Assembly: GCF_006345805.1 (NCBI RefSeq)
Contig: NC_043002.1
Span: 74,896,001 to 74,960,000, forward strand
Direction: 5' to 3'
Source: Octopus sinensis
Taxonomy: Eukaryota
DNA length: 64,000 bases
The translations under genes were made by a program, and so were the position numbers. The notes below the pieces were generated by a model that saw nothing but the letters and a program-made list of their open reading frames with translations, ran no database searches and was not told where the DNA came from. Shown in pieces: positions 12,975-24,099 of this stretch. Every line of letters starts with the position of its first letter. The stretch's first letter is position 1.

Positions 12975-13205
12975 TTTAATGTCCATGTTCCATAGGTCAG
13001 ATGGTCTGACAGGGACTGCATAGTGCTCCAGTGTCTGATTTGGCATGCTGTTTTCATGCCACCAGCCTTAGTGAGGTCACCATGCAGTTAGAAAGACTAC
13101 GAGCTTCAAGGTGGAAGCTTCATGCTTGGAGATGATGGGTCGGAGTATGAAATGAAGAAGGTGGCTGAGCAGGACAAGCTTCTTGCTGTAGAGGAGCTGC
13201 ATGAC
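12975..13205 (-). mobile_element. Retroelement 3' fragment ending in the D tail (variant upstream segment)
   Basis: CTTGCTGTAGAGGAG (about 13183) is the reverse complement of CTCCTCTACAGCAAG at about 19519. CTCCAGTGTCTGATTTGGCATG matches the D tail. Confidence 0.6.
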
Positions 13206-14314
13206 TGCTCACAATTTCAGAAGAGAGTGGGAGTGACCAGATAGAAACCAGTAAATGTAGTAATGAGGTACAAAAAACAAATAAAAACAAAAACTCAAAG
13301 GAAATTGGATTAGGCCTTAAAACTGAAACAGTAAGTTGATATAAAACTTGTTATTTTTCTCAATGCAGATGTGCCCTTACAAGTTAAGAATTCTATGGTT
13401 TAAGGATGCCTCCTTGCATGCCTAATGCTAGGGTTAAATTGAATAGTGCCATCTTTGATGTAAAAAAAGATGGTTTCTGCTGAACTCTCTTCAATTGTAC
13501 ATTTACTCAATCACCAGGACTGGTCTGCATAGAGTTAAATCAACAAGAACTACTAGCAACAATTGGTTTAGATGCTTGCTGTCTTAAGCTCACAGCACCT
13601 TCTTTGTATATTCATTTTGGGGCTGTGTTTTCTTCCCCTCCTTCCCTTCCAACAAAGCCTAGCTACATCTACAGGAAGTCTCTGAGAAAATTAGCAAACA
13701 TTATTGCTAGGAATGTAAAACATAAAGGAATCTAAAGACCCATTCTTTGATGACATGACAGTGTGTAAATTGTCTTTAATAGAAATGTCTGTGGTTATTG
13801 GTTTCTGTTACTCCTCCCCCTCCGACCAGTTTTTGTTTTAGTTTATTTTTACTTCCTTATTTATTTATTTATTTATTTGTTTATTCTAATATGTTTGCAA
13901 AATAATTGATAGCTGTAATTTTGCATCAGTGATAATAATTTCTGTATCTATTATTGATATAGAAATGATTATCATAGATGAAAAATTAAAGCTATTAATT
14001 GCTTTTCAAAAAGGAAAAAAGAAAAAAAAAATCAAAAGAAAAATCAAGTAAAAATGTGAAAAAAGAAAAAAATTAAAAAGCAAATGAACAAAAACAAAAA
14101 AGGAAAGTAAATGAGAGAAGACAAAGAATAACAATTGACATTATTTATTTTCCAATCTTTTGCCATTTGAAAGGAAAAACTAGTTAAAGCTGTTTGTAGA
14201 CATTTTAGAGAACAGAGTTAACAACTTGCAATTTTTGTTGTCTTAACCAAACTTAGATATTGACACATTAAAATTAGATTAAAGAAAAATGTCAATAATA
14301 AAAGCAAAAGATAG

Positions 14315-14325
<11 letters not shown>

Positions 14326-14380
<55 letters not shown>
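14326..14380. repeat. (CA)n microsatellite
   Basis: Read directly from the sequence. Confidence 0.97.
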
Positions 14381-14382
<2 letters not shown>

Positions 14383-14881
14383 ATACTGTCTCAGATGATG
14401 CATATACATTATTATATATATATATATATATACACACACACAAGTTATCACACATTGATGTATATATTTCACATACACCTGTGCAGACACTTATGTGCAT
14501 AGACAGAAATATCTGGATGTGTGTGTGTGTGTTAGAGAGAGAGTGGGGGGTGTTTCAGAGAGAGAAAGTGAGTGAGAGAAAGGGAGAATGTGTGTGTGTG
14601 TCTGTTTCAATTGATTAGTTAGTGAAAGTATATAGCATTGTTAATGAACATTGATTACAATGTCTCCCATGTTTGCTCCAAGTAGTTCCAAAATAACATA
14701 CTAAAACGGTCAGTGAACTCCCTTTCTCCCCACCACACACACTGACATGCACACACATCTTGTTTTATACTATTCCAATATTGTAAATAGTCTTTGTTTG
14801 CTGTATCAATTACACTTCACAGTAAATATTATGCCATCAACAAAGCTGTTGTTAGGGTTGGTGTCCAGCTGATACATATAT

Positions 14882-15527
14882 ATCATCATCATCATCATCA
14901 CTTAACGTCTGTTTTCCATGCTAGTGTGGGTTGGATGGTTTGACTGGGGATTGGCATGGATGGTTTCTACAGGTGGATATCCTTCCTAACACCAAATATA
15001 TCATTATCATCATCATGATTTAACGTCTGTTGTCCAGGCTGGCATGGGTTGGACAGTTTGACTGGGCTGGCACACTGGAAGGCTGCACCAAACTCCAGTC
15101 TGATTTGGCATGGCTGGATGCCCTTCCTAACGCCAACCACTCTGAGACTGTAATGGGTGTTTTTGTGTGCCACCGGCACAACACCAGAGTGTGTTTGTGC
15201 GCCACTTGGACAGGTGCCAGTTTGTGTGACACTGGTATCTGCTACACTGCAATTTTACTTGACTTGATGGCTCTTCTTCTCAAACATGACATAATGCCAA
15301 ACGTCTATGAGGCCCAACACTCAAAAGGAACTCAGCCAATTTGCCTTTGTGAGGCCCAATATGCGAAAATAACTCAGCCATTTTGCTTCTTTGAGGCCCA
15401 ACATTTGAAAGATATTCTTCATGTGTCACCAGCATGGGTGCACTTGGCTTGATGGGTCCTCTTAAGCACAGCACATCGCCAAAGGTCTCGGTCACCAGTC
15501 ATTGCCTCTGTGAGGCTCAAAGTTCGA
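14882..15527 (-). mobile_element. Two tandem 5'-truncated RTE LINE 3' ends (14882-14995 and 15001-15527)
   Basis: Both start on the + strand with (CAT)n-TTAACGTC. The longer one is colinear with the 3' UTR of the RTE at 40607-41294 and has three 42-bp GAGGCCCAA units (15309, 15351, 15393). Confidence 0.85.
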
Positions 15528-16006
15528 GAAAATATATATATATATGTAGGAAATAGTGGCACAGCAAGGTACCAGTGTTTGCTGGAAATAGCAGTCGATA
15601 ACTGTATGATGCTATGTAAAGCTTCACTGAATGTAAAGAGGCAAAGATGTGCATAGGCAGTGAACGTAAAATTTTTTGCCTTACCTCTAGGAGAAAGGCC
15701 AGAGAAATAGACAACCTAGTACTTGAGTTCTGGACTATCCAGGATATGTTTGTTATCGCAAATGTGGTTACTCTTCATTAGCTAGGCTTTCCTAGATGAT
15801 TTTTTTCTATTCACCACTCGCACACATCTTTGCCTCTATACATTCAGTGAAGCTTTACATAGCCTAATATACTTATCGACTGCTACCTCTAGCAAACATT
15901 GGTGCCTTGTGCTGCTATTTCCTATTTATAATTCAATCTTTATGGTACTTATCACTGGAAAATGGAAAATAATGCTATTGTATTATAATAATATTTATAA
16001 TTTATA

Positions 16007-16627
16007 TCATCATCATCATCGTTTAACATCCGTTTTCCGCGCTAGCACGGGTTGGACGGTTCGACTGGGGTCTGGGAAGCCAGGGGCTGCTCCAGGCTCC
16101 AGTCTGATCTGGCAGAGTTTCTACGGCTGGATGCCCTTCCTATCGCCAACCACTCCGCGAGTGTAGTGGGTGCTTTTTACGTGCCACCTGCACAGGTGCC
16201 AGGGGGGGTCCGGCATCGGTCACGATCGGTTGGAGCTTTTAACGTGCCAGCGGCACGGAAGCCAGCCAAGGCGGCGCTGGCAACGTTCGGATGGTCTTTT
16301 TATGTGCCACCGGCACAGGAGCCAGTTGGGGCGGCGCTGGCATCGGCCACATTCGGATGGTGCTTTTTATGTGCCACCGGCACAGAAGCCAGTCGGGGCG
16401 ACGCTGGCATCGGCCACGTTCGGATAGTGCTTTTTATGTGCCACCGGCACAGGCATCACAACTACTATTTCCATTGATATTTATTTCGACGTTCATGTAC
16501 TTGACTCAACAGGTCTCCTCAAGCACAGCGGGACGTTCTGGCATCCGGGGTACTTTGAATGGGCAGGGGCTATGCGGAACTGATGCAGGAAGCAGCCCGG
16601 GTCTTTGCAGTCACAGCATATCTCCAG
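16007..16627 (-). mobile_element. Young 5'-truncated RTE LINE copy (last ORF2 codons, 3' UTR, (GAT)n tail)
   Basis: Minus strand 16626-16570 reads WRYAVTAKTRAASCISSA*, an RTE-type WRxAV terminus. It is CpG-rich, with five tandem 60-67 bp units in the UTR and (TA)n at the 5' junction. Confidence 0.85.
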
Positions 16628-16938
16628 ATATATATATATGGAGAGGGAGAGAGAGCAAATAATTCAGGAGAAAATATTTGCTAAGATATCATTGACTCTA
16701 TTATTATCTAGTATAACAATTTTAAAATAACAGAATCAATAATATAGGCAATTGCAGGCCCCCAAAATAGCTGAAGGATTAAAATTAATCAAAGGACATA
16801 CTAAGTATGCCTATTTACTGGAAATAACAGTCAAAACTCTTTATTAAATTGCCAAAATATCTTGGTGATTTAAATAAGAGTTTTGGCTGTTATTTCCAAC
16901 AGTTAGACATACTTGGAATGTCTTTTGCCTAATTTTAT

Positions 16939-16939
<1 letters not shown>

Positions 16940-17014
<75 letters not shown>

Positions 17015-17035
17015 GTATATATATATATGTATATG
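16940..17035. repeat. (TA)n/(TATG)n microsatellite
   Basis: Read directly from the sequence. Confidence 0.95.
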
Positions 17036-17409
17036 CACTCATAATTAAGACCAAGGAATACTTAATTGAACCTGATAATGTGGAACCATTAAAGAAGAAA
17101 TCCATTATAATATACTGTAATGGAAATATAGAGAAACGCGAAGCATAAGAATAATAATGATGAAAATAATGTTTGTGAAGATAAGAAACAGATATGCAAA
17201 CAAAAAGGCAGATACAGACAAACTGAGAGATAGATACAGAAAGAGAGGAAAGATATTGCAGAAAACTTGAAAATTTGACCTGCATAAGACTGCTCTTAGT
17301 CCTATATCATCTCCACACTCCAATGTCTTGCATTTAATTCCTTTGGATTTAATTATAACCTCAGCGAAAATTTTGTTTATCATGTAAGTGGAAACTCACT
17401 CCAGGGTTA

Positions 17410-17581
17410 GTGGCTGTGTTGTTAAGCTCACTTTGCAATGACAAAGTTTTCAGGCAAGTATCTTTCACTGTAGCCCTGGGCCAAGCAATGCATTGTGAGT
17501 AAATTTGGTTGGCAGAAACAAACTGTGATGAAGCCTGTCTTGTGTGTGTGTGTGTGTGTGTGGTGTGTGTGTGTGTGCGCA

Positions 17582-17619
<38 letters not shown>

Positions 17620-17816
17620 TGCGTTGTTTGTCCACCCATCATTGCTTGACAACTGGCATTTTTTTGTCTTTGTAACTTAGTGGTTCAACCAAAAGAGACC
17701 AATAGAATTAATACCAGACTTAATTTAGCACTGGGGTTGATTTGATTAACTAAATCTTTCAGTGTAGTGTTCCAACATAGCCACAGTCCAATCATTGAAA
17801 CAAGTAAAATATAAAT
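17410..17816 (+). mobile_element. Old SINE family A copy with expanded internal (TG)n
   Basis: GTGGCTGTGTTGTTAAG head, GTAACTTAGTGGTTCAACC..GAGACCAATAGAAT block and TGAAACAAGTAAAA tail. Confidence 0.85.
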
Positions 17817-19478
17817 GATTATGTAATTCATCTATAATAATGAAACATTGGATGGCCATAGCTCGAATGCCCTTGATCGCAGGGTAATCAACAACAACAG
17901 TATCAAAGATTGAAATGTAAAACAGAGGAGTATATCTACTTATTTATATTTGATTTATTGTACTGTTTTCCATTGTCTGAGTTTATACTGTATGTATAAC
18001 TAATTATTTATAGACCTAAACTTTGAGATCATTTAAATGGTGCATTCTCTTGGGAACAATGCTGCCTTTGCAGTAAGGCTCTGTGGGTGGCTGGCAGGCA
18101 AGCTGGCTGGTTAGCTGGTGCAAATTTTGAAATCTGAGTACAATGAAGTGCTATCTAGAAAGTGATATATCTATATCCTCAATTTTATATAATTCAGATA
18201 TTGTTTAAAACATTTTTCAATGCTTCATTACACCATTGTTTGTATTGGCGGAAGCAGCTTTAATAAGATTCTGATAGGAATGTCTCTTTGCAATTCTAGA
18301 TATTGACTTGCTGCTAATTGTATTAGCTTCATCTTTATTTTAATAGGCTACTATTACCATATTTAAATCCATGTAGACCAGAGTAAAATTTATTTTGTCT
18401 TATCTGTTATGAGGATAAATGCGGACAGTGGCACAAAAGGATGTGGAATTATGCTAAATCTCTGTAAATTGATTTGCAATAATATCTTAATGATTTTGTA
18501 TTGGAGAGAGAGAGAGAAAGGTGTGCGTGTGTGTTTTAGAGAGAGGTGGGTGCAGATAGTGGCAGTGGTGATGGGTGTAAAGGATTCACAGCCATTTTAT
18601 TTATCAGACTCAATTGAGATAATTATAATGTGAAAGAAGATAAAGAGGTAGTAATGAAAAACAATTCTTGTAAATGATTGCTTTGGTTTTATGTTTTATT
18701 ATGACAACTTCAACCAAAGAACTTTTACAAGAGGGAGGAAAAGAAAAAATAATAAAAATTAGCAATTTATTTTCAAACCTTTACTTGAATGAAAGAGTTT
18801 ATCTTCAGTAAACAAACAGCCTCCTGAAGCCATGCAGTACTGTATGAACTTATTTACTTGTGCTATTGTGGTTCTGGTTGTATTTTTCTCTATTTAAACA
18901 TGTTAAAGGAAGATAGCATTTTTATCATTGGAACTCATATCCAGGTTTCAGGTATCTCCCCCTATTTTCCAAACAAATATTGCAAGTACACATGTTTTAG
19001 TGGTTATTTTGTGACCATGCTGGGGCACCCACTTCATGGATTTTTAGCTGTTTATTCGGAATCTAGTACTTAGGCTAGTGTATAAAAAAAGATGTAACTG
19101 GATATTAAAGTAGGCCTATTACCTTGTGAGGGTGGATGAGTGTATACGTTTCAGCGCATGCACGTGGGTGTGCGGATGCACGTGGGTATGCGACGCACAT
19201 GTGTAGGTATGAACATGCGCACTCACACGAATACTATGAACTTTTTTACTCCCTTGCTTTTACTCCCTCCCCTCACTTAGCAGTCATTCAAATAGCTCTT
19301 TTGTCTTAATAATGGTCAATCACACAGTAATCTACCTTTGTATAATGGTCATTTTTCATAGTATTTTTCCGATGGACAGATAACTGAAGAGATGGCGGCG
19401 TGGATTTCCACATCAGCATCCGAAACTCAGAGTTTTATCATGGCTACCGAATAATTGTCACATATTACATTTACATAT

Positions 19479-19511
<33 letters not shown>

Positions 19512-19800
19512 CATGGACCTCCTCTACAGCAAGACATCTGTTTCTGCCTCTCTGCCAGACTCTAATCTTTCATTGTCTGACACAAGATCACCTCCCTTAA
19601 TGCCCCCTTCCCTCTCAAAGACTCTTTGTCTTGCCAAGTCACTTGCTTAAAAAGCACCCAGTCTACACTGTAAAATGGTTGGCATTTGGAAAGGCATTCA
19701 GCTATAAAAACCATGCCATAACAGATGCAGAAGCATGGTGCAGGCTCCCACCTGGGTGAGCTCCTCAAACCATCCAGCATGGAAGGAGGACGTTAAACAA
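19512..19800 (+). mobile_element. Retroelement 3' fragment with D tail
   Basis: Homologous to 12975-13205. Contains AAAAAGCACCCAGT..GGTTGGCATTTGGAAAGGCATTCAGC..GGACGTTAAAC. Confidence 0.7.
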
Positions 19801-20584
19801 TATTATTTCTATACACAGGGAAAGAGAAGCAGGCAATGGGAGAGGCTTCGTGTTTTAAAAATGACTATTGTTTACTTCAATAATATTGTGTGTGTGTGTG
19901 TGTGTACACATGTATACATACATATGTATATATGTATATAAATCAATGACTGACTCAACCTTTTTAATTTCCTTCATGTTTCACTGTTAAATATATTATT
20001 TGTCAAAGATTTGACTGCTGCATGTATGTATGCATGGGTAGTTTTCAATATTATATCTTAGAATATGAATTGAAATTGATTTTACCATATCAAAAACCAG
20101 ACTCAAAGAATTATTAAATAGGACTACACTGTATACAATGGAATAATAATAAACAGTAAAATGCAGACAAATAAATACCATGTTTAATGAATTGAATTAT
20201 TTAGAATAAAAAAATTAATTAAAATGGACTTGTTAAACATGAATTATTATTTGATTTATTGGGTTAAAAAATTTAAGTGGATATATTTTACCAAAAACTC
20301 TCTCTCACAGTTTGTAATTTTACTATTTCTCTATCTGTTGTTCTCTCTTTCTCTTTATCCCTCTTTCTCTCTCCTCTTTCATATGCATGTGTTTGCATGC
20401 ATATTTATTATACATGTATGTTTGAGGCTGTTATTATATTTCTCTCTATTATTTTTGTTTTGTTTATGTTGCCTGTGTGTATAGTGTATGTATTTGTGCA
20501 CATGCGTGTGTGTGTATGTGTGTCACTGTATCAACCAGACTATCAGATGTTGCATTTCTGTAGCTTTTGAATGCTGCTACCCCA

Positions 20585-21112
20585 GTGGCTAGGCAGGCGT
20601 GTAGGCAGGCTGATATTCCCCCTGAACGGAACTCCAGACTGTTGCAGGGATATTCATTTACAGCTGAGTGGACTGGAGCAATGTGAAATGAAACTGGTAC
20701 TCGGTTGGTTACAACAATGAGGGTTCCAGTTCACCGGATCAATAGAAGGACCTGCTTGTGAAATTAGCATGCAAGTGACTGAGAACTCCACCCTTAATGT
20801 ACTTCCTGGGGTGATTTACTTTGACACAAAATGCGATGACAAGACTGGCTTATGTGTACAACTTTCTTTTGTCAGCTGAGTGGATTGGAACAACATGAAC
20901 TAAAGCATCTTGCTCAAGGGCACAGCATGTTGTTGGGTATCAAACTTGCGGCCTTACAATTGTGAGCTGAATACCCTAGCTACTTGGTCATGCACTCCTC
21001 TCTGTGAAATGAAGTGTTTTGCTCAAGTAATATAATGCAGCACTGGCCTGGGAATTTAAATCATAATCTTGTGACTATGAGTGTAACACCTTAACCACTA
21101 AGCCATGCACCT
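20585..21112 (-). mobile_element. Cluster of SINE family C fragments, with another repeat fragment at about 20695-20850
   Basis: AGCTGAGTGGA(C/T)TGGA(G/A)CAA occurs at about 20662 and 20874. GAAATGAAGTGTTTTGCTCAAG at about 21006 leads to the minus-strand head TAACCACTAAGCCATGCACC (about 21092-21111). Confidence 0.75.
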
Positions 21113-21186
<74 letters not shown>

Positions 21187-21706
21187 TCCCACCTGTGTTG
21201 TGTTGCATGTAGTATTTGTAGATATGTACACATTATTTAGTTATTGACAATCTATTTATAACAGGTGTTGGAAGATGATGTAGATCCGACATTAACAGTG
21301 AATAAATGCAACTACAATAGGATTGTATAACTTAACAACAACATTTCTCACCTTCTTTTCTTTTCTTTTCTTCTCTTCTGCTTTGAGAAGAAATATATTG
21401 GCTGCAAACTGTTTACGATACTGAATGTGATAAACAAAATTTATAAAATGATCAGTGAACTAAACTGCTATTGAGTTTTCTCTCTCCAGAGTGAAATATT
21501 TATTTCTTGTCTTTATGATAGTCAACTAACTGGATGTGTATGTGTGTGTATTTGTTTAGACATTCTTCAGTTTAAACCTTTTGTACATTTTAGTGAGATT
21601 TGTGCTTTAAAATATTTTTTGAGAGACCTTTATCTCCTTATATTCATGCATCTTTATTGGTATCCATTTTTGTTTTTAGTCATTTTAGTTTCATTCTAAC
21701 ACTTTC

Positions 21707-21739
<33 letters not shown>

Positions 21740-21852
21740 TACATGTGTTTAGTTAACGATGCAGATTCCTTTCTAGGTTTTGTATGTTTTCCTAGTATAC
21801 TTAATTTCTTTGTGTATATGTATTGAGATATACTTACATATACATCTGTGCA

Positions 21853-21942
<90 letters not shown>

Positions 21943-21943
<1 letters not shown>

Positions 21944-22138
21944 ATGTACATTTGTGTGTGTATACTTATATATACATATACATGTGTATACATGTGTGTG
22001 TATATGTACACTTATGTGTGCATGTATATATATATGTGTGTATGTACATTTGTGTGTGTATATTTATATATACATATACATGTGTATACATGTGTGAGTA
22101 TATGTACACTTATGTGTGCATGTATATATATATATATG
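21943..22138. repeat. 98-bp tandem duplication built from TA/TG microsatellite variants
   Basis: TATGTACATTTGTGTGTGTATA.. starts at 21943 and 22041, and the units are nearly identical. Confidence 0.9.
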
Positions 22139-22914
22139 TACACTTCTGTGTGTATGTCTATAAGTTACATACATACCTGTGTACGTATGCTATGTCTATC
22201 AATCTTTCTAACTTGGTTTGCAGAAAGTGTCAAATGATCATGCACTCTCGTTAACTATTTAAATAAAGAAAATTGAATGAGAACATTATTTTGTCTTTTG
22301 AAATTTTTATTCTGTAAAAAAATTTTTTTGCTATTATATCGCTGCATCTATAAGTATTTAAGGATTAAATAAATAAATAAAGCTATTTTTACATTTCAAT
22401 AAAACACAGATTACATTAAAGATGCGAGTAAAAACTCCATAAACAAACACCAACTTTAGGAATTAACTTTCTTCATTGTGTGCCAAGGATTGAAGTATTC
22501 TTCCATCTCTTTCATGGTGTTCTTGCTATTTTGTAATATAATAAAATTTGTAAAATCACAATACTGAATTTGAAAAAAAAAGAAGAAAAATTCTTTTTTT
22601 TTTCAAATTGTATCTTATTCTAACATAGTGGTAAACAATGTGTTTATAGATATTTGACTCTATCAAAAAGTATGGGCGACCTTTTCAGTTCTGATTGTTA
22701 AAAAAGAAAAAAAAAGAAACAATCTTTTTTAAAACCAAGTAACTCTAGTTTTGATCTGTTGCGCTCAAGATTGACTCTTTGCAGTTTTTCATCAAGGTTA
22801 GGTTTGTAAACAACACAGTCTTTTTTTGATATAATGAAAACCTGTATGTTTGTCTATCTATCTTATCTATCTATCTATCCAATACAAATAAAAACAGTAA
22901 AAGACAGGACAATA

Positions 22915-22946
<32 letters not shown>

Positions 22947-22948
<2 letters not shown>

Positions 22949-23072
22949 ATCATCATCATCGTTTAACGTCCGTTTTCCATGCTAGCATGGGTTGGATGGT
23001 TCGACTCGGGTCTGGGAAGCCAGGTGGCTGCACCTGGCTCCAGTCTGATCTGGCAGTGCTACCACAGCTGGA

Positions 23073-23074
<2 letters not shown>
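22947..23074 (-). mobile_element. Young 5'-truncated RTE 3' tail (D)
   Basis: (CAT)n-CGTTTAACGTCCGTTTTCCATGCTAGCATGGG.. is nearly identical to 16007-16130. It is flanked by (TA)n and (TG)n. Confidence 0.88.
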
Positions 23075-23106
<32 letters not shown>

Positions 23107-23291
23107 GACTGCTTAAATCCACAAGTTTTATTTTTATATTCTCTCTGATTATTTCCTCATGTTCCTTTCTGTTGAAGAGTGTAGGCTCGAAACATAAAAA
23201 ACTTTCTCACCTCCCCAAGTGTCAAACTAATGTACCTGCTTGTTATTTATACACTTGTCTTCATCTTTTGTTTTTCTGTAAATTGTAACTA
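23107..23291 (+). mobile_element. Probable Penelope-like element (pLTR) fragment
   Basis: Contains TTGAAGAG-TGTAGGCT-CGAAAC, the TGANGA..CGAAAC signature typical of Penelope pLTRs. It sits between (TA)n tracts. Family assignment is from recalled patterns. Confidence 0.55.
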
Positions 23292-24099
23292 ATATATATA
23301 TATATATTTGCTGTGATATCTCTTAACCATAGTTATACCAATAATAAGTTGTTAAAATTCAACATATTTATGTTTTAGAGAACAGCATTAGAAGACTACA
23401 GAGCATAATATCAATTAATGAATTACAATGGCTCCAAGGAAGCTGTAGTATGTTGTACAAGTGCTCAGCTTGGAATGTACTGCTCCTTATATCAAACAAC
23501 TGTAGGCTTGAGAAGGTGACAACATGATTCCTGTTCTTTTGTCAATCATTAATTGATATAAATGTGTGTGTATGTATATATCCAGGCTGTGTGGTTGAGA
23601 AGATTGCTTCTCAGTTATGTGGCTTTGGGTTCAGTGCTTTAGGCTATGCCTTTTGAAGGAGCACATAATTCACTACAACCTATTGTTTAGATTGGTTATC
23701 AGCTACAAAACCAGCAACACCACCCAGCCTGTTTAGTGAGTAGGGTGGTTTTTGGACACGCTGCAGGATGAAAATCAAGATCTGTCAATGGGTGGATGAA
23801 CTTGTCCAGTTACATGATGCGTGTGTGTGTGTGTGTGTTTATGTATGTATGTAAGAATGAATGAACGAACAAGAACTTTTCCTGCTTTGGTACCTATATG
23901 CACATTTAGTTTACCAAAGTTGGGGACTCTAATCTGTGGTGAATACAAATCATTCAGGAGATAACAAACACTAATAGAAAAATCCTGAGGTATGTTGTTT
24001 ATTTAGTTTGCGGCAAACATTTGCGTCAGCTTTCTACTATAAACATTTCCAAAGAATGTGGTTGGTCTTACACAAGCCTTCATCGCTGAAAATAAATGA

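Noticed and set aside
15345-15375. TTTGTGAGGCCCAATATGCGAAA shares 13 nt with the hammerhead motif at 45367
   Set aside because: It lacks the CUGANGA core and a pairable stem II, and it is antisense to the RTE. Treated as coincidence.
16170-16455. Regularly spaced palindromic repeats resembling a CRISPR array
   Set aside because: The spacers are homologous to each other, the context is a eukaryotic retroelement UTR, and there are no cas genes.
16052-16662. GC-rich ORFs of 85-141 aa with repeated FYVPPAQ / MCHRH motifs
   Set aside because: These are antisense readings of the tandem units in the RTE 3' UTR.
18027-18036. TGAGATCATT (bantam seed) and TGTAGATCCGA at about 21279 (miR-10/100-like)
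   Set aside because: The matches are only 10-11 nt, with no full mature sequence and no precursor hairpin.
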